This document shows positions 1 to 11,571 of a DNA stretch of 64,000 nucleotides, in pieces. The notes under the pieces are model-generated. The model saw only the letters and a program-made list of their open reading frames with translations. It made no database searches and had not been told where the DNA came from. The position numbers were made by a program, and so were the translations under genes. Source of the DNA: Patescibacteria group bacterium (GTDB lineage Bacteria > Patescibacteriota > Microgenomatia > UBA1400 > CG1-02-47-37); contig JBBTRT010000004.1 in the NCBI GenBank assembly GCA_038065055.1, positions 13,677 to 77,676 of the forward strand, read 5' to 3'. Position 1 is the first letter of the stretch; each line of letters starts with the position of its first letter.

Positions 1-1097
1 TCAGCGCTTACTGGTTTTTGCCCAAAGCCCGCGTGGTCATTTATATGGAGCCAAAAACCATTTCTGAAACTATTAATCTGACCATCGATTCCAAAACCAG
101 CACTATGGACGTGGAGTCCGCTATTATTCCCGGCGAAATTGTAAACATTAGTGTTGAAGGTGAAAAATCTACTCCCACTACCGGCACCAATACTATCGGC
201 GATCCGGCCCAGGGCGATATTTTCATTTATAACAAAACCGCTCAAACCAAAGTCTTCCCCAAAGACACAGTTTTAATCGGCCCGGATAATTTAACCTTTG
301 TTTTAGACGAAGAAACTACGGTTGCTTCCCGGTCTTCATCAGTCGATGAAAATGAAAACACGGTTATTTCTCCCGGTAAAGCTGATGCTAAAATTACCGC
401 CAAAAGCATTGGCCCAGAAGGCAATTTAAGCTCCGGCAGCAAATTGGCCTTTAAACAATTTTCCGAAGACGATTATTATGCCAAAACCAGCGGCCTGTCC
501 GGCGGCACTGCCCGGGAAGTCAAAGCCGTGGCTGCCAGCGACCAAACCGAACTTTTAGCCGCTTTAACTCAAGAATTGCAACAGCGGGCCGCCACCGAGT
601 TAAGCGCTCAGCTTGGCGCTGATAAAGCTTTAGTGGAACTTGATTCTGCCGACCAAAATATTACCAAAAATTACAATCATAAAGTCGGCGAAGAAGCTGA
701 CAACTTAAAATTAACCGCCAAATTGGCATACAACGCTTTGTCTTACAACCAAGCCGACCTTAACCGTCTCTTATCTGAATTCATTAAATCTAAAATCCCG
801 GACAATTTTACTTTGGGTTCTGGTCTTGATCCTAAAATTGCTCCCGCCACTCTCAGGTCCAACGGCCAAGCTGATCTTGACATTAGTCTTCAGGCTGCCT
901 TAGTGCCCAAAATTGATTTTGACCTGATCAAGAAAAACCTTAAAGGCCGTTATCCCACCTTGGTTAATGCTTATTTAGCGACTTTACCCAGTTTTATCCG
1001 GGCTGAAATTACCATTACTCCCAACTTGCCGGAAAAACTTAAAACTCTGCCTCATTCTATTAAAAATATTTTTATCGAAATTAAAACTGCTCCTTAA
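1..1097 (+). CDS. Hypothetical secreted/surface protein, 5'-truncated at the window edge
   Basis: Reading frame stays open back to nt 1 (no stop upstream of the M at 18). Ser/Thr/Gly-rich beta-type composition. Stop TAA abuts the sortase ATG at 1098, suggesting translational coupling. Confidence 0.5.
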   Translation, partial: SAYWFLPKARVVIYMEPKTISETINLTIDSKTSTMDVESAIIPGEIVNISVEGEKSTPTTGTNTIGDPAQGDIFIYNKTAQTKVFPKDTVLIGPDNLTFVLDEETTVASRSSSVDENENTVISPGKADAKITAKSIGPEGNLSSGSKLAFKQFSEDDYYAKTSGLSGGTAREVKAVAASDQTELLAALTQELQQRAATELSAQLGADKALVELDSADQNITKNYNHKVGEEADNLKLTAKLAYNALSYNQADLNRLLSEFIKSKIPDNFTLGSGLDPKIAPATLRSNGQADLDISLQAALVPKIDFDLIKKNLKGRYPTLVNAYLATLPSFIRAEITITPNLPEKLKTLPHSIKNIFIEIKTAP

Positions 1098-1895
1098 ATG
1101 GCCCATGTTTATTACAAATCTCCGCCCTTGGATCCCAGCGTGATCAACCGCCGATTGCTTCTGTCCCGTATTTTTAGCCGGTTTTCCAAGTTATTGCCCA
1201 CGATCATGATTACTGTTGGCGCTTCTTTAATTATTTCGGTTGGCTATCCGATTGTCAGCTTTGAACTGGGTTCCGGCCGCAACAGCCAGCGGTCCAAAGT
1301 GCTTTCTCCCGTACCTCAATCAGCGGTCTCACAGGCCAAAGGTCTCTTAAGCCCAGTTGACCCCATGAAACCGCAAGTCTTGGCCAATGCTCCTACCGTC
1401 GGCAACTCTTCAGTTGACTACAGCCAGGTTAATAATTGGTTTAATTTCTCTCAACCGCAAACATTACTCAGTCCTTCAAATACCACTCACTATACAATTA
1501 CTATTCCCAAACTTCGCATCAATGAAGCCTTGGTAACGATTGGGGGCAGCGATTTGGATTCCAGCCTGATCCATTATGGCGGCACTGCCAATCCCGGCGA
1601 AGTCGGCAATCCGGTTATTTTCGGCCACTCGATTCTGCCTCAATTTTATAACCCCAAAAACTACCGCTCGATTTTTTCCTTAATTCCCACTTTAAAACCC
1701 GGCGATGAAATTATAGTAGGCTATGACGGCATTACCTACAAATATGTTGTTTATGATTATTTTGAAGTTCTGCCTGAAGAAATCGATATTTTGGAACAAC
1801 GTTATAACCAAAAAGATTTAACCCTGGTAACCTGCGTTCCGCCCGGAACTTATTGGCGCCGCGGCCTCGTTAAAGCCCGTCTAGTCGAACTATGA
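1098..1895 (+). CDS. Sortase-family transpeptidase
   Basis: N-terminal TM segment. His motif VIFGHS. Active-site motif DLTLVTCVPP followed by Arg (TLxTC-R), characteristic of sortases. Confidence 0.7.
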   Translation: MAHVYYKSPPLDPSVINRRLLLSRIFSRFSKLLPTIMITVGASLIISVGYPIVSFELGSGRNSQRSKVLSPVPQSAVSQAKGLLSPVDPMKPQVLANAPTVGNSSVDYSQVNNWFNFSQPQTLLSPSNTTHYTITIPKLRINEALVTIGGSDLDSSLIHYGGTANPGEVGNPVIFGHSILPQFYNPKNYRSIFSLIPTLKPGDEIIVGYDGITYKYVVYDYFEVLPEEIDILEQRYNQKDLTLVTCVPPGTYWRRGLVKARLVEL

Positions 1896-2281
1896 AGTAT
1901 CTTGGAATCGATTTTGGTTTAGTCCATCTTGGGCTGGCTTTTGCCGATGGCCCTTTAGCCGAAACCTTAACCGAAAAAACCTACCGCACCGAAACCGAGG
2001 CCTTAGCTTTTTTAACGAGGATCTGCGAGGAGCAGGAGATTGAAGCTTTAGTTTTCGGTTTGCCCGAAGGCAAGCTGGCTTTAACTATCAAATCTTTTGT
2101 TCAAAAACTAACCAACATGGTTCATTTGCCGGTTTATTTTCAGGATGAAACCTTAAGTACGCTTGAGGCCAAGCAAAAAATGTTTAGCGCCGGAGTTCCT
2201 CAAGCCAAACGCCGCCACGACCACGTTGCCGCCGCCGCCTTGATTTTGCAGGATTATCTTGATACTATTAATCATGTTTAA
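1892..2281 (+). CDS. ruvX: YqgF/RuvX-like putative Holliday junction resolvase / pre-16S rRNA nuclease
   Basis: N-terminus MKYLGIDFGLVHLGLAFAD matches the RNase H-fold YqgF start (GxDxGxxxxGxA). About 129 aa. ATGA overlap with the sortase stop. Confidence 0.65.
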   Translation: MKYLGIDFGLVHLGLAFADGPLAETLTEKTYRTETEALAFLTRICEEQEIEALVFGLPEGKLALTIKSFVQKLTNMVHLPVYFQDETLSTLEAKQKMFSAGVPQAKRRHDHVAAAALILQDYLDTINHV

Positions 2282-2474
2282 AAATGTGATTGCTCCGGTC
2301 CAAGCTTGGTTAATGTCCCGCGGTCAATGTGTCGGTTGCGGCATGCCCTTAACCAAAGCCAAGCATGTTGCCAATTCTGACGCTACCCAAAAAGTTACCT
2401 GCAAATGCGGCCGTATTTATATGTATGACTCGAAAACCGGCAAATACCGCCGCGCGCTATTTGAAGAAGTTTAG
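2274..2474 (+). CDS. Small zinc-ribbon protein
   Basis: CVGCG...CKCG four-Cys ribbon. Start chosen at the MFKN ATG near the ruvX stop. Confidence 0.4.
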   Translation: MFKNVIAPVQAWLMSRGQCVGCGMPLTKAKHVANSDATQKVTCKCGRIYMYDSKTGKYRRALFEEV

Positions 2475-2478
2475 TTTG

Positions 2479-3387
2479 ATGAAGCGGCTGGTGCTTTTAT
2501 TTACCCTTGGGTTTTTTGTCTTTTTTCTTTACCGTTGGTCTGTCAGCCCGGTTTCCCGGAATACTACCCCGCAAACTTTTACGATTCCCAGTGGCCAATC
2601 TGCCACTGCGATTGCCGCCCGCCTTAAACAGGCCGGTTTAATCAAAAGCCGGACAATGTTTAAATTATTGGTTGACCGCCAGGATTTAACTGCTAAATTG
2701 CAGGCCGGCGATTTTCAGTTAAGCCCTTCCATGGACCTAACCATGATTATTAAGTCTCTAACCCATGGCAGCCAGGATTATTGGGTCACTTTTCCTGAAG
2801 GACTTAGGGTGGAGGAGTATGCTGAAAAATTAGCCGCCAAATCTTCGATTAATGCGGCCGACTTTATTCTGGCCGCCAAACCCAGCGAAGGCCGGCTTTT
2901 CCCGGACACTTATTTAATTCCCCAAACTGCTTCAGTAACTGACATTGTCACCCTTTTAACCGGCACTTTTGCCCAAAAAAGCCCGACTCAGGACAAAACC
3001 GCCATTATTATTGCCTCCTTGATTGAGCGCGAAGCCAAGCACGAAGCTGACCGCGCCATAGTCAGCAGCGTTTTACACAATCGCTTAAATCTTGGCATGG
3101 CCTTGCAAATCGACGCCACCGTCCAATATATTATTGGCAAACCTGCTAATTGGTGGCCCAACAACTTAACCAGGGATCAATTGCAAACCGCTTCGCCGTT
3201 TAATACTTATCTAAATCCTGGTCTGCCGCCCCAGCCAATTGCCAATCCTGGCCTATCTTCGCTTCAGGCCGCCTTAAACCCAGCCAGCACCGACTATCTT
3301 TATTATGTTTCCGATTCTGGCGGGGTTAATCACTATGCCGCCACTCTGGAAGAGCACAATGCTAACATTGACCAATATCTAAAATAG
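2479..3387 (+). CDS. mltG: Endolytic murein transglycosylase MltG (YceG family)
   Basis: N-terminal TM segment (MKRLVLLFTLGFFVFFLY), then a YceG-like domain with C-terminal YLYYVSDSGGVNHYAATLEEHNANI typical of MltG. Start moved to the internal ATG at 2479. Confidence 0.8.
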   Translation: MKRLVLLFTLGFFVFFLYRWSVSPVSRNTTPQTFTIPSGQSATAIAARLKQAGLIKSRTMFKLLVDRQDLTAKLQAGDFQLSPSMDLTMIIKSLTHGSQDYWVTFPEGLRVEEYAEKLAAKSSINAADFILAAKPSEGRLFPDTYLIPQTASVTDIVTLLTGTFAQKSPTQDKTAIIIASLIEREAKHEADRAIVSSVLHNRLNLGMALQIDATVQYIIGKPANWWPNNLTRDQLQTASPFNTYLNPGLPPQPIANPGLSSLQAALNPASTDYLYYVSDSGGVNHYAATLEEHNANIDQYLK

Positions 3388-3645
3388 CTAGCGGTAAATT
3401 TGATGCGTGCCGACCGAGTGAAACCAGATAATCTTTTCACTCTTAAACTCAAAAATTATTCGGTGTTGATAATCCACCGAAAAACTCCAAAATTCTTGCA
3501 ACTTACCGGTTAGTTTATGAGTTTTAAGCCTGGGATCAAAAGGGTTTTCCCGGAAGATCTTTTCTTTCTTTTCCGCCTGCCGTTTAATTTTCCCAGGTAA
3601 TTTTTTATATTCTTTGGCAAATTTGCCGGAATAATAAAGTTTCAT
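3388..3645 (-). CDS. RelE/ParE-family type II toxin
   Basis: About 85 aa from the internal Met (MKLYYSGKFAKEYKKL...QHRIIFEF). The start overlaps the antitoxin stop by 1 nt. RelE/YoeB-like pattern. Confidence 0.6.
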   Translation of the reverse strand: MKLYYSGKFAKEYKKLPGKIKRQAEKKEKIFRENPFDPRLKTHKLTGKLQEFWSFSVDYQHRIIFEFKSEKIIWFHSVGTHQIYR

Positions 3646-3866
3646 TACCCGTAACGCAAATCTTTTAAAGATTTCAACAGTTTCCCCTTGCCTTTGGTAA
3701 GTTCTTTTTGGCTGGTTTTTAAGCTGCCCAGTAAGCGATTTTCCATCCAATTGCGCAGCAAATCCCGGAAAAACTCGCTTTTACTGGCATAATTACCGGA
3801 ATCCACTGCCGAATCAACAACTAAAGCTAATTCTTGTGGTAAAGACAAATTTAAGATAGTTCTCAT
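3645..3866 (-). CDS. Ribbon-helix-helix (CopG/ParD-like) antitoxin
   Basis: 73 aa. SKSEFFRDLLRNW is a typical RHH helix. Lies directly upstream of and overlapping the toxin. Confidence 0.6.
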   Translation of the reverse strand: MRTILNLSLPQELALVVDSAVDSGNYASKSEFFRDLLRNWMENRLLGSLKTSQKELTKGKGKLLKSLKDLRYG

Positions 3867-3869
3867 ATT

Positions 3870-3888
3870 TTGTAATACAATTTATTAC
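3870..3888. promoter_or_regulatory. Perfect inverted repeat TGTAATACAATTTATTACA abutting the antitoxin start (putative TA operator)
   Basis: 7-5-7 palindrome 4 nt upstream of the minus-strand ATG at 3866. This is the classic position for RHH antitoxin autoregulation. Confidence 0.4.
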
Positions 3889-3936
3889 ATTATCTATCAT
3901 TATTTTTCTTTCGTCAAGCCCCTTGAAATTCCCCCC

Positions 3937-3965
3937 TTGACATCTCTAATCAATTTGGTATTATT
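3937..3965 (+). promoter_or_regulatory. Putative sigma70-type promoter (TTGACA-N17-ATTATT) upstream of rpoB
   Basis: CCCTTGACATCTC -35 block is near-identical to the promoter at 31180. An AT-rich -10 follows 17 nt later. Confidence 0.35.
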
Positions 3966-4063
3966 ACCCGTATATAGCCTGTTAGTTTCAGGCTAGGTTT
4001 TATTCGTCCAATTTCTGATGATTAATCATTCTTTTCTCATTGACAATTAATTTTAAAAGTAGC

Positions 4064-4092
4064 AAAACGGGTTATTTAAGCCCGTTTTTTAT
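4064..4092 (+). terminator. Intrinsic-terminator-like hairpin plus T-run in the rpoB leader (possible attenuator)
   Basis: AACGGG-ttatttaag-CCCGTT followed by TTTTTT, ending 11 nt before the rpoB ATG. Confidence 0.45.
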
Positions 4093-4102
4093 GTTTTGAC
4101 TC

Positions 4103-7100
4103 ATGAATAAATTGCCTTCGAAAAATCGTCTTTACTGGTCAGCCAAAACTAAAAATCTGCCGCCGTTGGATTTATTGGTGATTCAAACCGAATCCTATGA
4201 CTGGTTTTTAAATCAGGGAATTAGTGAGGCTTTAAAAAGCATTTCTCCCATCAGTGATTTTACCGGGAAAAACTGGCAGCTGGAATTTGGCGAACATTCC
4301 ATCGGCAAGCCCAAATATTCTCATCTGGAAGCCGCCCGGAAAGGCTTGACTTACGAAGTGCCTTTGCGGGTCAAAGCCAAATTAACCAACCTGCAAACCG
4401 GCGAAGTCACCAAGCAGGAAGTCTTCATGGGCGATATTCCCCAGATGACCAGCGTCGGCACGTTTATTATCAATGGGATTGAACGAGCCGTGGTCAACCA
4501 ATTGGTCCGCTCTCCGGGTGTTTTCTTTTCCGGTTTAGTGGATATGTCTACCGGCCGCAATCTATATCAGGCGGAACTTCGGCCTTTGCGTGGTTCCTGG
4601 CTGGAAGTTAACGCTTCCCGCTACAACACCTTAACCGTTAAAATCGACCGTCACCGTAAATTGCCGGCCACTACTTTGCTCCGTGCCATTCAGCCCTACA
4701 CCGACGAAGAATTAATAAAGGTTTTTGCTTCTGTCGACACCGACCAAAAACATCCTTATCTTTTTAGCACCCTGGAAAAAGATTCTGCTAAAACTCACGA
4801 AGAAGCTTTAATTGAAATTTATCAGAAAATGCGGCCCGGTGAACCGGCCGTCTTGGAAAACGCCCGGGAACTTTTGCATCGGATGTTTTTTGACCCCCGC
4901 CGCTATGACTTAGGCGAAGTCGGCCGCTATAAAATGAATCGCCGCCTTGGTCTAAAAGTTGATCCCAAAACTACAGTTTTAACCCCTGAAGATATTGTGG
5001 CCACCATTAAATATGTGATTGTTTTACAGAATAAAGTCGGTAAAGTTGATGATATTGATAGTTTATCCAACCGCCGCGTTCGCCGCGTTGGCGAGTTGGT
5101 TGCCTCAACTGCTTTTCGCTTAGGCTTATTGCGGTTGGAGCGCTCGATTAGAGAAAAAATGAGCTTGGCCAAGGCCGATGTGGAAATTACTCCTAGTACT
5201 TTAGTTAATCCTCGTCCGGTCATTGCCTCGATTTCTGATTTTTTCCGCCGCAACCGTTTATCCACTATTTTAGATCAAACCAACCCCTTAGCCGAACTGG
5301 ATAATTTGCGCCGTTTATCCGTTATGGGCCCTGGTGGTGTTACCCGCGAACGGGCTTCTTTTTCCATGCGCGACATTAATGCCAGTCAGTACGGCCGGAT
5401 TTGCCCGGTCCGCTCGCCTGAAGGCCCAAATATTGGCCTAGTTACATATCTAGCCCTGTATGCTCGGGTTAACCCATTTGGTTTTTTGGAAACCCCTTAC
5501 CGCAAAGTGGTTGCCGAAACTAAAAATAATCAGACCCGGATGAAAATTTCTGATGAAATTGTTTATATGGCTTCTGACGAAGAAGAAAATCACTATATTA
5601 CCCATGCCGCTATTAATATTACTGAAGATGGCTACTTGGTCGATTCTTGGGTCCCGGCCCGTTACCAGACTGAATTTTTGGAAGTTTCCGCTGACCAAAT
5701 TGAATACATTGACATTGTTGCCCGTCAAGTGGTCGGTTGTTCGGCTTCTCTTATTCCTTTTATTGCTCATGATGAGGCTAATCGTGCTCTCATGGGTACG
5801 CACATGCAGTGTCAGGCAGTGCCCTTAGTTAAGCCCACGGCCCCGATTGTTGGTACGGGAATGGAATCGGTTGTTGCCAAAGCCATGAAACAAATCGCTT
5901 TTGCCCTGACCGATGGCCAAGTCACTTATGTTGATGCCCAAAAAATTGTCATTAAACCCTCGCCGAAAGACCTTAAAATACTCAAAGACAAAAAAGATTT
6001 ACCTGATTATGTGACCATTGAAGCCTCGGAAATTAATTATGAAATCACCAAATTTTATCGCACCACCCAGTCCACTTGTTATTCTCAACGCCCCCTAGTT
6101 TCTCTTGGCGACACTGTTATTGCCGGACAACTGATTATTGATGGCCCAGCCTGTGATCACGGGGAATTATCCCTTGGCCAAAATCTAAAAATCGCCTACA
6201 TGAGCTATGACGGCTTGGGTTATGAAGACGCCATTATTATTTCCGACCGTTTGGTTAAAGAAGACATTTTGACTTCCGTCATGATCAATGAGTATGAAGC
6301 CAAAATCATGGACACCAAGCTTGGCCCGGAAGAATTAACCCGCGATATTCCCAACGTTGGCGAAACCGAGCTAGCTAATCTTGGCGAAGACGGCATTGTG
6401 GTTATCGGCAGCCAGGTGGAACCCAACGATATTTTAGTCGGTAAAATCGCCCCCAAAGGCGAAACTGAGTTAACCGCCGAAGAAAGATTATTGCGCGCTA
6501 TTTTTGGTGAAAAAGCCCGGGAAGTCCGCGATACCTCTTTACGCGTCCCTCATGGCGAAGGCGGTACCGTTATCGAGGTCAAGATTTTTGACCGCGAAAA
6601 AGGCGACGAACTCGACCCCGGCGTCATCAAAAAGGTGGTCATCCAGGTAGCCCAGATGAGAAAAATTGTGGTCGGCGATAAACTTGCCGGCCGCCACGGT
6701 AATAAAGGTGTTATCAGCAAGATTATCCCTGAAGCGGACATGCCTTATTTTGCCGACGGCAGCACTGTCGACATCATCATTTCGCCTTTATCCGTCTTGG
6801 CCCGTATGAATTTAGGCCAGTTATTGGAAGCCCAATTAGGTTGGGCCGCCCAAACTTTAAATCAAACCGTCGGTTTGCCGGTTTTTGAAAAAACCAGCCC
6901 GACTTTAGTTGAAACTGAACTTTCTAAAGCCAAACTCTCGGTTGACGGCAAAGTCCGCCTTTTTGACGGCCGCACCGGTCTGCCTTTTGAACAAAAAACC
7001 GCTGTCGGCGTTGCCTACATCTTAAAATTAATCCACATGGTGGAGGACAAAACTCACGCCCGCTCCACTGGTCCGTATTCCTTAGTCACCCAGCAGCCGT

Positions 7101-7435
7101 TAGGCGGTAAAGCCCAAATGGGCGGCCAGCGCCTTGGGGAAATGGAAGTTTGGGCCCTCGAAGCGCACCGCGCCGCCTACACCCTCCAGGAAATGTTAAC
7201 CATCAAGTCCGACGACGTCGTCGGCCGCGCCAAAGCCTTCGAAGCGATTGTTAAATCCCTGGATATTCCCGAGGCCACTGTCCCGGAATCTTTCCGCGTC
7301 TTGGTCAAAGAATTAAACAGCCTTGGCTTAAACATTATTCCCGGCGGCTCGGTCAGCGATGACTTAAAAGATGACGTCGAAGATGTTTTAGAAGACGAAG
7401 AAAAAGAAGTTAAAGAGGAGCCCAAAGATGAATAA
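4103..7435 (+). CDS. rpoB: DNA-directed RNA polymerase subunit beta
   Basis: 1110 aa with conserved beta-subunit blocks (GDK(L/F)[17 protein letters not shown]-like HMQCQAVPL). Confidence 0.97.
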   Translation: MNKLPSKNRLYWSAKTKNLPPLDLLVIQTESYDWFLNQGISEALKSISPISDFTGKNWQLEFGEHSIGKPKYSHLEAARKGLTYEVPLRVKAKLTNLQTGEVTKQEVFMGDIPQMTSVGTFIINGIERAVVNQLVRSPGVFFSGLVDMSTGRNLYQAELRPLRGSWLEVNASRYNTLTVKIDRHRKLPATTLLRAIQPYTDEELIKVFASVDTDQKHPYLFSTLEKDSAKTHEEALIEIYQKMRPGEPAVLENARELLHRMFFDPRRYDLGEVGRYKMNRRLGLKVDPKTTVLTPEDIVATIKYVIVLQNKVGKVDDIDSLSNRRVRRVGELVASTAFRLGLLRLERSIREKMSLAKADVEITPSTLVNPRPVIASISDFFRRNRLSTILDQTNPLAELDNLRRLSVMGPGGVTRERASFSMRDINASQYGRICPVRSPEGPNIGLVTYLALYARVNPFGFLETPYRKVVAETKNNQTRMKISDEIVYMASDEEENHYITHAAINITEDGYLVDSWVPARYQTEFLEVSADQIEYIDIVARQVVGCSASLIPFIAHDEANRALMGTHMQCQAVPLVKPTAPIVGTGMESVVAKAMKQIAFALTDGQVTYVDAQKIVIKPSPKDLKILKDKKDLPDYVTIEASEINYEITKFYRTTQSTCYSQRPLVSLGDTVIAGQLIIDGPACDHGELSLGQNLKIAYMSYDGLGYEDAIIISDRLVKEDILTSVMINEYEAKIMDTKLGPEELTRDIPNVGETELANLGEDGIVVIGSQVEPNDILVGKIAPKGETELTAEERLLRAIFGEKAREVRDTSLRVPHGEGGTVIEVKIFDREKGDELDPGVIKKVVIQVAQMRKIVVGDKLAGRHGNKGVISKIIPEADMPYFADGSTVDIIISPLSVLARMNLGQLLEAQLGWAAQTLNQTVGLPVFEKTSPTLVETELSKAKLSVDGKVRLFDGRTGLPFEQKTAVGVAYILKLIHMVEDKTHARSTGPYSLVTQQPLGGKAQMGGQRLGEMEVWALEAHRAAYTLQEMLTIKSDDVVGRAKAFEAIVKSLDIPEATVPESFRVLVKELNSLGLNIIPGGSVSDDLKDDVEDVLEDEEKEVKEEPKDE

Positions 7436-10400
7436 GTTAACCGACTTTTTAACCCTGCAAATTAAATTGGCTTCGCCCGAGGTCATCAAATCCTGGTCCC
7501 ACGGCGAAGTTTTAAAGCCGGAAACCATCAACTATCGCACCTTAAAGCCGGAAAAAGACGGTTTATTTTGCGAGCGCATTTTCGGCCCGACCAAAGATTG
7601 GGAATGTTACTGCGGCAAGTATAAGCGAATCCGTTACCGCGGTATTATCTGTGATAAATGCGGCGTTGAAGTCACTCAAAGCCGCGTCCGTCGCGAACGC
7701 ATGGGCCATATTAACTTGGCTTGTCCGGTCGCCCACATTTGGTTTTTCAAAGGCAGCCCGTCTCATCTATCTCTCTTATTGGGCATCTCTCCCCGCAATT
7801 TGTCCGGTATCATCTATTTTTCCAAATATTTAGTGATCGACGTTGATAATCAGGTTAAAAAGACTATTTACCAGGATTTGGATAAGCAATTTGATGTCAA
7901 AATTAAAGAACTTGAAGTTAAATTCAAACAGGAAATCGACGATGCTAAAAAAACCGGTCAGGCTGATGTCGTTGCCATCAAAGCTAAACTTAAAGCCAAA
8001 GAACAGGCCGAAATGGCTACCGAAGAGGCCAACCTTAAGACTAAACGGATCATCTCCAATCTTCAGGAAGCTTTGCTTTCCGAAAAAGAAACCGTTAAAG
8101 AGATTTTCAGTACGGTTAAAGATTTAGTTAAAAAAACCAAACCGTTTACGGTTTTATCTGAAGAAGAATACTTAAAATTAGTTGATTACGATGCCACTGA
8201 TTTTATGACCGTCGGCATGGGCGCCGAAGCGATTTTAGCGGTCATGAAACACCTGGATTTGGATACTCTGATCACCCAGTTCCGTGAAGAAGTCCAAACT
8301 TATTCCGGCCAGCGCCAGATTAAAGCCATCAAATGTCTGCGTATTATTGAAGGTTTCAAAAATGTCGGCATCGACCCGACCTGGATGGTTATTTCCACCT
8401 TGCCGGTTTTACCCCCGGACTTGCGTCCCATGGTCCAATTGTCCGGCGGCCACTTTGCCTCGTCCGACATTAACGACCTTTACCGCCGGGTAATTAACCG
8501 CAACAACCGCTTGAAACACCTCATGAACTTAGGCGCCCCGGAAATTATTTTGCGCAATGAAAAACGCATGCTTCAGGAAGCCGTGGATACGTTAATCGAC
8601 ACTTCCCAGGCCAAAGCCGTCCGCCGCCGCGGCACCAAAGAATTACGTTCTTTAGCGGACATGCTCCGCGGCAAGCAAGGCCGTTTCCGCCAGAACTTGC
8701 TCGGTAAACGCGTCGATTATTCCGGCCGCTCCGTCATTGTTGTTGGCCCGGAACTCAAACTAAACCAGTGCGGCATCCCGAAATTAATGGCCCTGGAAAT
8801 TTTCAAACCTTATGTTTTACGGGAACTCATCAACCGCGGTTTTGCCCCCAACGTTAAATCCGCCAAGCACGTTCTTGAGCGCCGCCCTCCGGAAGTTTTT
8901 GATATCTTGGAAGACATTATCAAAGACCACCCGGTCCTCTTAAACCGCGCTCCCACTTTACACAAGCTCGGTATTCAGGCGTTTTTCCCGATCTTAGTTG
9001 AAGGCAACGCGATTCATTTGCACCCTTGCGTTTGTTCCGGTTATAACGCGGACTTCGACGGCGACCAGATGGCCATTCACGTGCCCTTGTCCAAAGAAGC
9101 CATCAAAGAAGCGATTAATTTCATGATGCCGAACTCCAATCTGTTAAAACCTGCTGACGGTTCGCCGATCACCATCCCGAACAAAGAAATGGCCCTTGGT
9201 GTTTATTATTACACTGCCATTAATCCTGATTTAACTCCCGATACCACCATTTACGGCTCTTCAGCCGAAGCGGTTTTGGCTTATCAGTCCAAGATTATTG
9301 CTTTGCGCCAGCCGATTAAAGTTAAACATAAATCCGCCATTATCGACACCACCATCGGCCGGTTATTATTCAACGAAGTTTTGCCTCCGGCCCTGCCGTT
9401 TATCAACAAAAGCGTTAATTCCGGCGTCATCAAAGCTTTAATCAAGCAGGCCATCAGCGTCTGTACTGAAACTGAGACCGCCAAGTTGATTGACGATATT
9501 AAAGAAATCGGTTTTAGCGGCGCCACTCAGTCCGGTTTATCCGTTTCCGTGGCCGACTGCAAAATTATTCCCGGCAAATCTAAATTAATTGCCGAGGCCA
9601 ATAAAAAAGCCTTGTTAATCGAGAAAAATTACGAAAACGGCCTGATCACCATCGAAGAAAAACGCCGCTTAAGCAACGAGTTGTGGATGGACACCACTGA
9701 CGATATTGCCGAAAAAACCTGGGCCAATTTTGAAGCCGAAAATGCCGTTAAAATCATCATTGATTCCGGCGGTACCCGCGCTTCCAAAGACCAGGTTAAA
9801 CAGCTGGCCGCTATGAGAGGTTTAGTCGTCGACCCGTTAGGTAAAATCGTCGAACTGCCGACCAAATCTAACTTCCGCGAAGGTTTGTCTATTTTCGAAT
9901 ACGTCACCTCTTCCCGCGGTTCCCGCAAGGGTTTGACCGACTCGGCCATCAAAACCGCCGATGCCGGTTATTTGACCCGCCGCTTGGTGGATGTTGCCCA
10001 CGACATGATTATCCGTATGACCGATTGCGCTACCGATAAATATTTGACCATTTCCACCGAAGATAAGCGCAGCCAGTTATTCAGCGTTCGCCTAACCGGT
10101 CGTTATCTGGCTGACAAAGTTATTAATCCTAAAACTAAAAAAGTGCTTGCCAAAAAAGGCGCTCTTATCGACGAGGCATTAGCCAACGATATTGCTAATA
10201 CCAATGTGTCTTTAGTTAAAGTCCGCTCGCCTCTAACCTGCGAAGCCCAGCACGGCCTTTGCGCCACTTGCTATGGTTGGGATTTCTCCACCAAAAAACC
10301 GGTAACCATCGGCGCCCCGGTCGGCGTTATTGCCGCCCAATCCATCGGCGAGCCGGGGACTCAGTTAACCATGCGCGTCAAGCACTTCGGCGGTATCGTG

Positions 10401-11114
10401 GTTTCCGACGTAACCCAGGGTTTGCCCCGGGTTGAAGAAATTTTTGAAGCCCGGAATCCCAAAGTCGCTTCGCCGCTCGCTGAAATTGCCGGCAAAGTCA
10501 GCCTCGAAGAAACCAATCATGGTTACGAAGTCACGGTCACTCCGGTTCATAATGCCGGCGAGGCTAAAACCTATTTGGTGCCTTTGACTTCCAGTCTTAA
10601 AGTTAAAGCCAATCAATTAGTCGGCTCTGGTGAACAGCTGGCCACGGGTTCCTTAAATATCAAAACCTTATTGGCCACCCGCGGTTTAAGCGGCGCCCAG
10701 GAATATCTTATTGACCAGGCTCAGCAAGTTTATGAATCTCAGGGGATTCCGATTCACGACAAACATTTTGAGGTGATTGCCCGCAAAATGTCTGATAAGC
10801 TTAGAATCGAAACCGTCGGCGACACCAGCTTGTTAATCGGCGAATTTATTGAGAAAAACCGCTTTACCGCCGAAAATAATGCCGCCAAAGCCAAAAAAGG
10901 CCAAGCCGCCACCGCCAAGCAGGTAATCCTGGGGATTACCCGGTCTTCCCTGCACACCGAATCCTGGCTTTCTGCCGCTTCGTTCCAGCACACCTCGTCT
11001 GTTTTAACTAACGCGGCCGCCAGCGGTAAAATCGACCACCTTTTAGGCTTAAAAGAAAATGTTATAATTGGCCGTTTGATTCCCACCAGCGAATCCCGCG
11101 CTAAAATGGAATAA
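7428..11114 (+). CDS. rpoC: DNA-directed RNA polymerase subunit beta'
   Basis: 1228 aa. Zn-finger [23 protein letters not shown], catalytic [12 protein letters not shown]. Overlaps the rpoB stop. Confidence 0.97.
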   Translation: MNKLTDFLTLQIKLASPEVIKSWSHGEVLKPETINYRTLKPEKDGLFCERIFGPTKDWECYCGKYKRIRYRGIICDKCGVEVTQSRVRRERMGHINLACPVAHIWFFKGSPSHLSLLLGISPRNLSGIIYFSKYLVIDVDNQVKKTIYQDLDKQFDVKIKELEVKFKQEIDDAKKTGQADVVAIKAKLKAKEQAEMATEEANLKTKRIISNLQEALLSEKETVKEIFSTVKDLVKKTKPFTVLSEEEYLKLVDYDATDFMTVGMGAEAILAVMKHLDLDTLITQFREEVQTYSGQRQIKAIKCLRIIEGFKNVGIDPTWMVISTLPVLPPDLRPMVQLSGGHFASSDINDLYRRVINRNNRLKHLMNLGAPEIILRNEKRMLQEAVDTLIDTSQAKAVRRRGTKELRSLADMLRGKQGRFRQNLLGKRVDYSGRSVIVVGPELKLNQCGIPKLMALEIFKPYVLRELINRGFAPNVKSAKHVLERRPPEVFDILEDIIKDHPVLLNRAPTLHKLGIQAFFPILVEGNAIHLHPCVCSGYNADFDGDQMAIHVPLSKEAIKEAINFMMPNSNLLKPADGSPITIPNKEMALGVYYYTAINPDLTPDTTIYGSSAEAVLAYQSKIIALRQPIKVKHKSAIIDTTIGRLLFNEVLPPALPFINKSVNSGVIKALIKQAISVCTETETAKLIDDIKEIGFSGATQSGLSVSVADCKIIPGKSKLIAEANKKALLIEKNYENGLITIEEKRRLSNELWMDTTDDIAEKTWANFEAENAVKIIIDSGGTRASKDQVKQLAAMRGLVVDPLGKIVELPTKSNFREGLSIFEYVTSSRGSRKGLTDSAIKTADAGYLTRRLVDVAHDMIIRMTDCATDKYLTISTEDKRSQLFSVRLTGRYLADKVINPKTKKVLAKKGALIDEALANDIANTNVSLVKVRSPLTCEAQHGLCATCYGWDFSTKKPVTIGAPVGVIAAQSIGEPGTQLTMRVKHFGGIVVSDVTQGLPRVEEIFEARNPKVASPLAEIAGKVSLEETNHGYEVTVTPVHNAGEAKTYLVPLTSSLKVKANQLVGSGEQLATGSLNIKTLLATRGLSGAQEYLIDQAQQVYESQGIPIHDKHFEVIARKMSDKLRIETVGDTSLLIGEFIEKNRFTAENNAAKAKKGQAATAKQVILGITRSSLHTESWLSAASFQHTSSVLTNAAASGKIDHLLGLKENVIIGRLIPTSESRAKME

Positions 11115-11119
11115 TTTTT

Positions 11120-11566
11120 ATGCCAACGATCAATCAGCTTATCCGCCATCGCCGTCACTCTAAGCCGAAAAAGATTAAAGTGACTGCGCTCCGTAAAACC
11201 TTTAATTTAAAGGACCGGCGCATGGTGGCGACGGTTAATCCCCAAAAACGCGGCGTCTGCACTCTGGTTAAAACTATGACCCCGAAAAAACCAAACTCAG
11301 CTTTGCGCAAAGTGGCCCGCGTCCGTTTAAGCAACAAGCAGGAAGTAACTGCCTATATTCCCGGTATCGGCCACGATCTTGCTGAACACTCGATTGTTTT
11401 GGTCCGCGGCGGCCGGGTTAAAGATCTGCCTGGCGTTAAATATCATATTATCCGGGGCAAATACGACGCCGCCGGCGTTACCAATCGTATGAGTTCCCGT
11501 TCCAAATACGGTACCAAGCGGTCTGGCGCCACCACTGCGGTCGCTGCTGCGACTGCGACTGCCTAA
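11120..11566 (+). CDS. rpsL: 30S ribosomal protein S12
   Basis: MPTINQLIR...[10 protein letters not shown] signature. Confidence 0.95.
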   Translation: MPTINQLIRHRRHSKPKKIKVTALRKTFNLKDRRMVATVNPQKRGVCTLVKTMTPKKPNSALRKVARVRLSNKQEVTAYIPGIGHDLAEHSIVLVRGGRVKDLPGVKYHIIRGKYDAAGVTNRMSSRSKYGTKRSGATTAVAAATATA

Positions 11567-11571
11567 AACCT

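Noticed and set aside
2365-2478. Extended N-terminus of mltG (ORF-track start at 2365) overlapping the zinc-ribbon gene
   Set aside because: The internal ATG at 2479 begins the expected signal-anchor of MltG. The upstream extension overlaps another plausible gene in a different frame.
4351-10616. Multiple 60-130-aa minus-strand ORFs inside rpoB/rpoC (e.g. 4351..4560, 5450..5803, 9629..9952, 10365..10616)
   Set aside because: Antisense to strongly conserved coding sequence, with no start context or homology. Treated as spurious.
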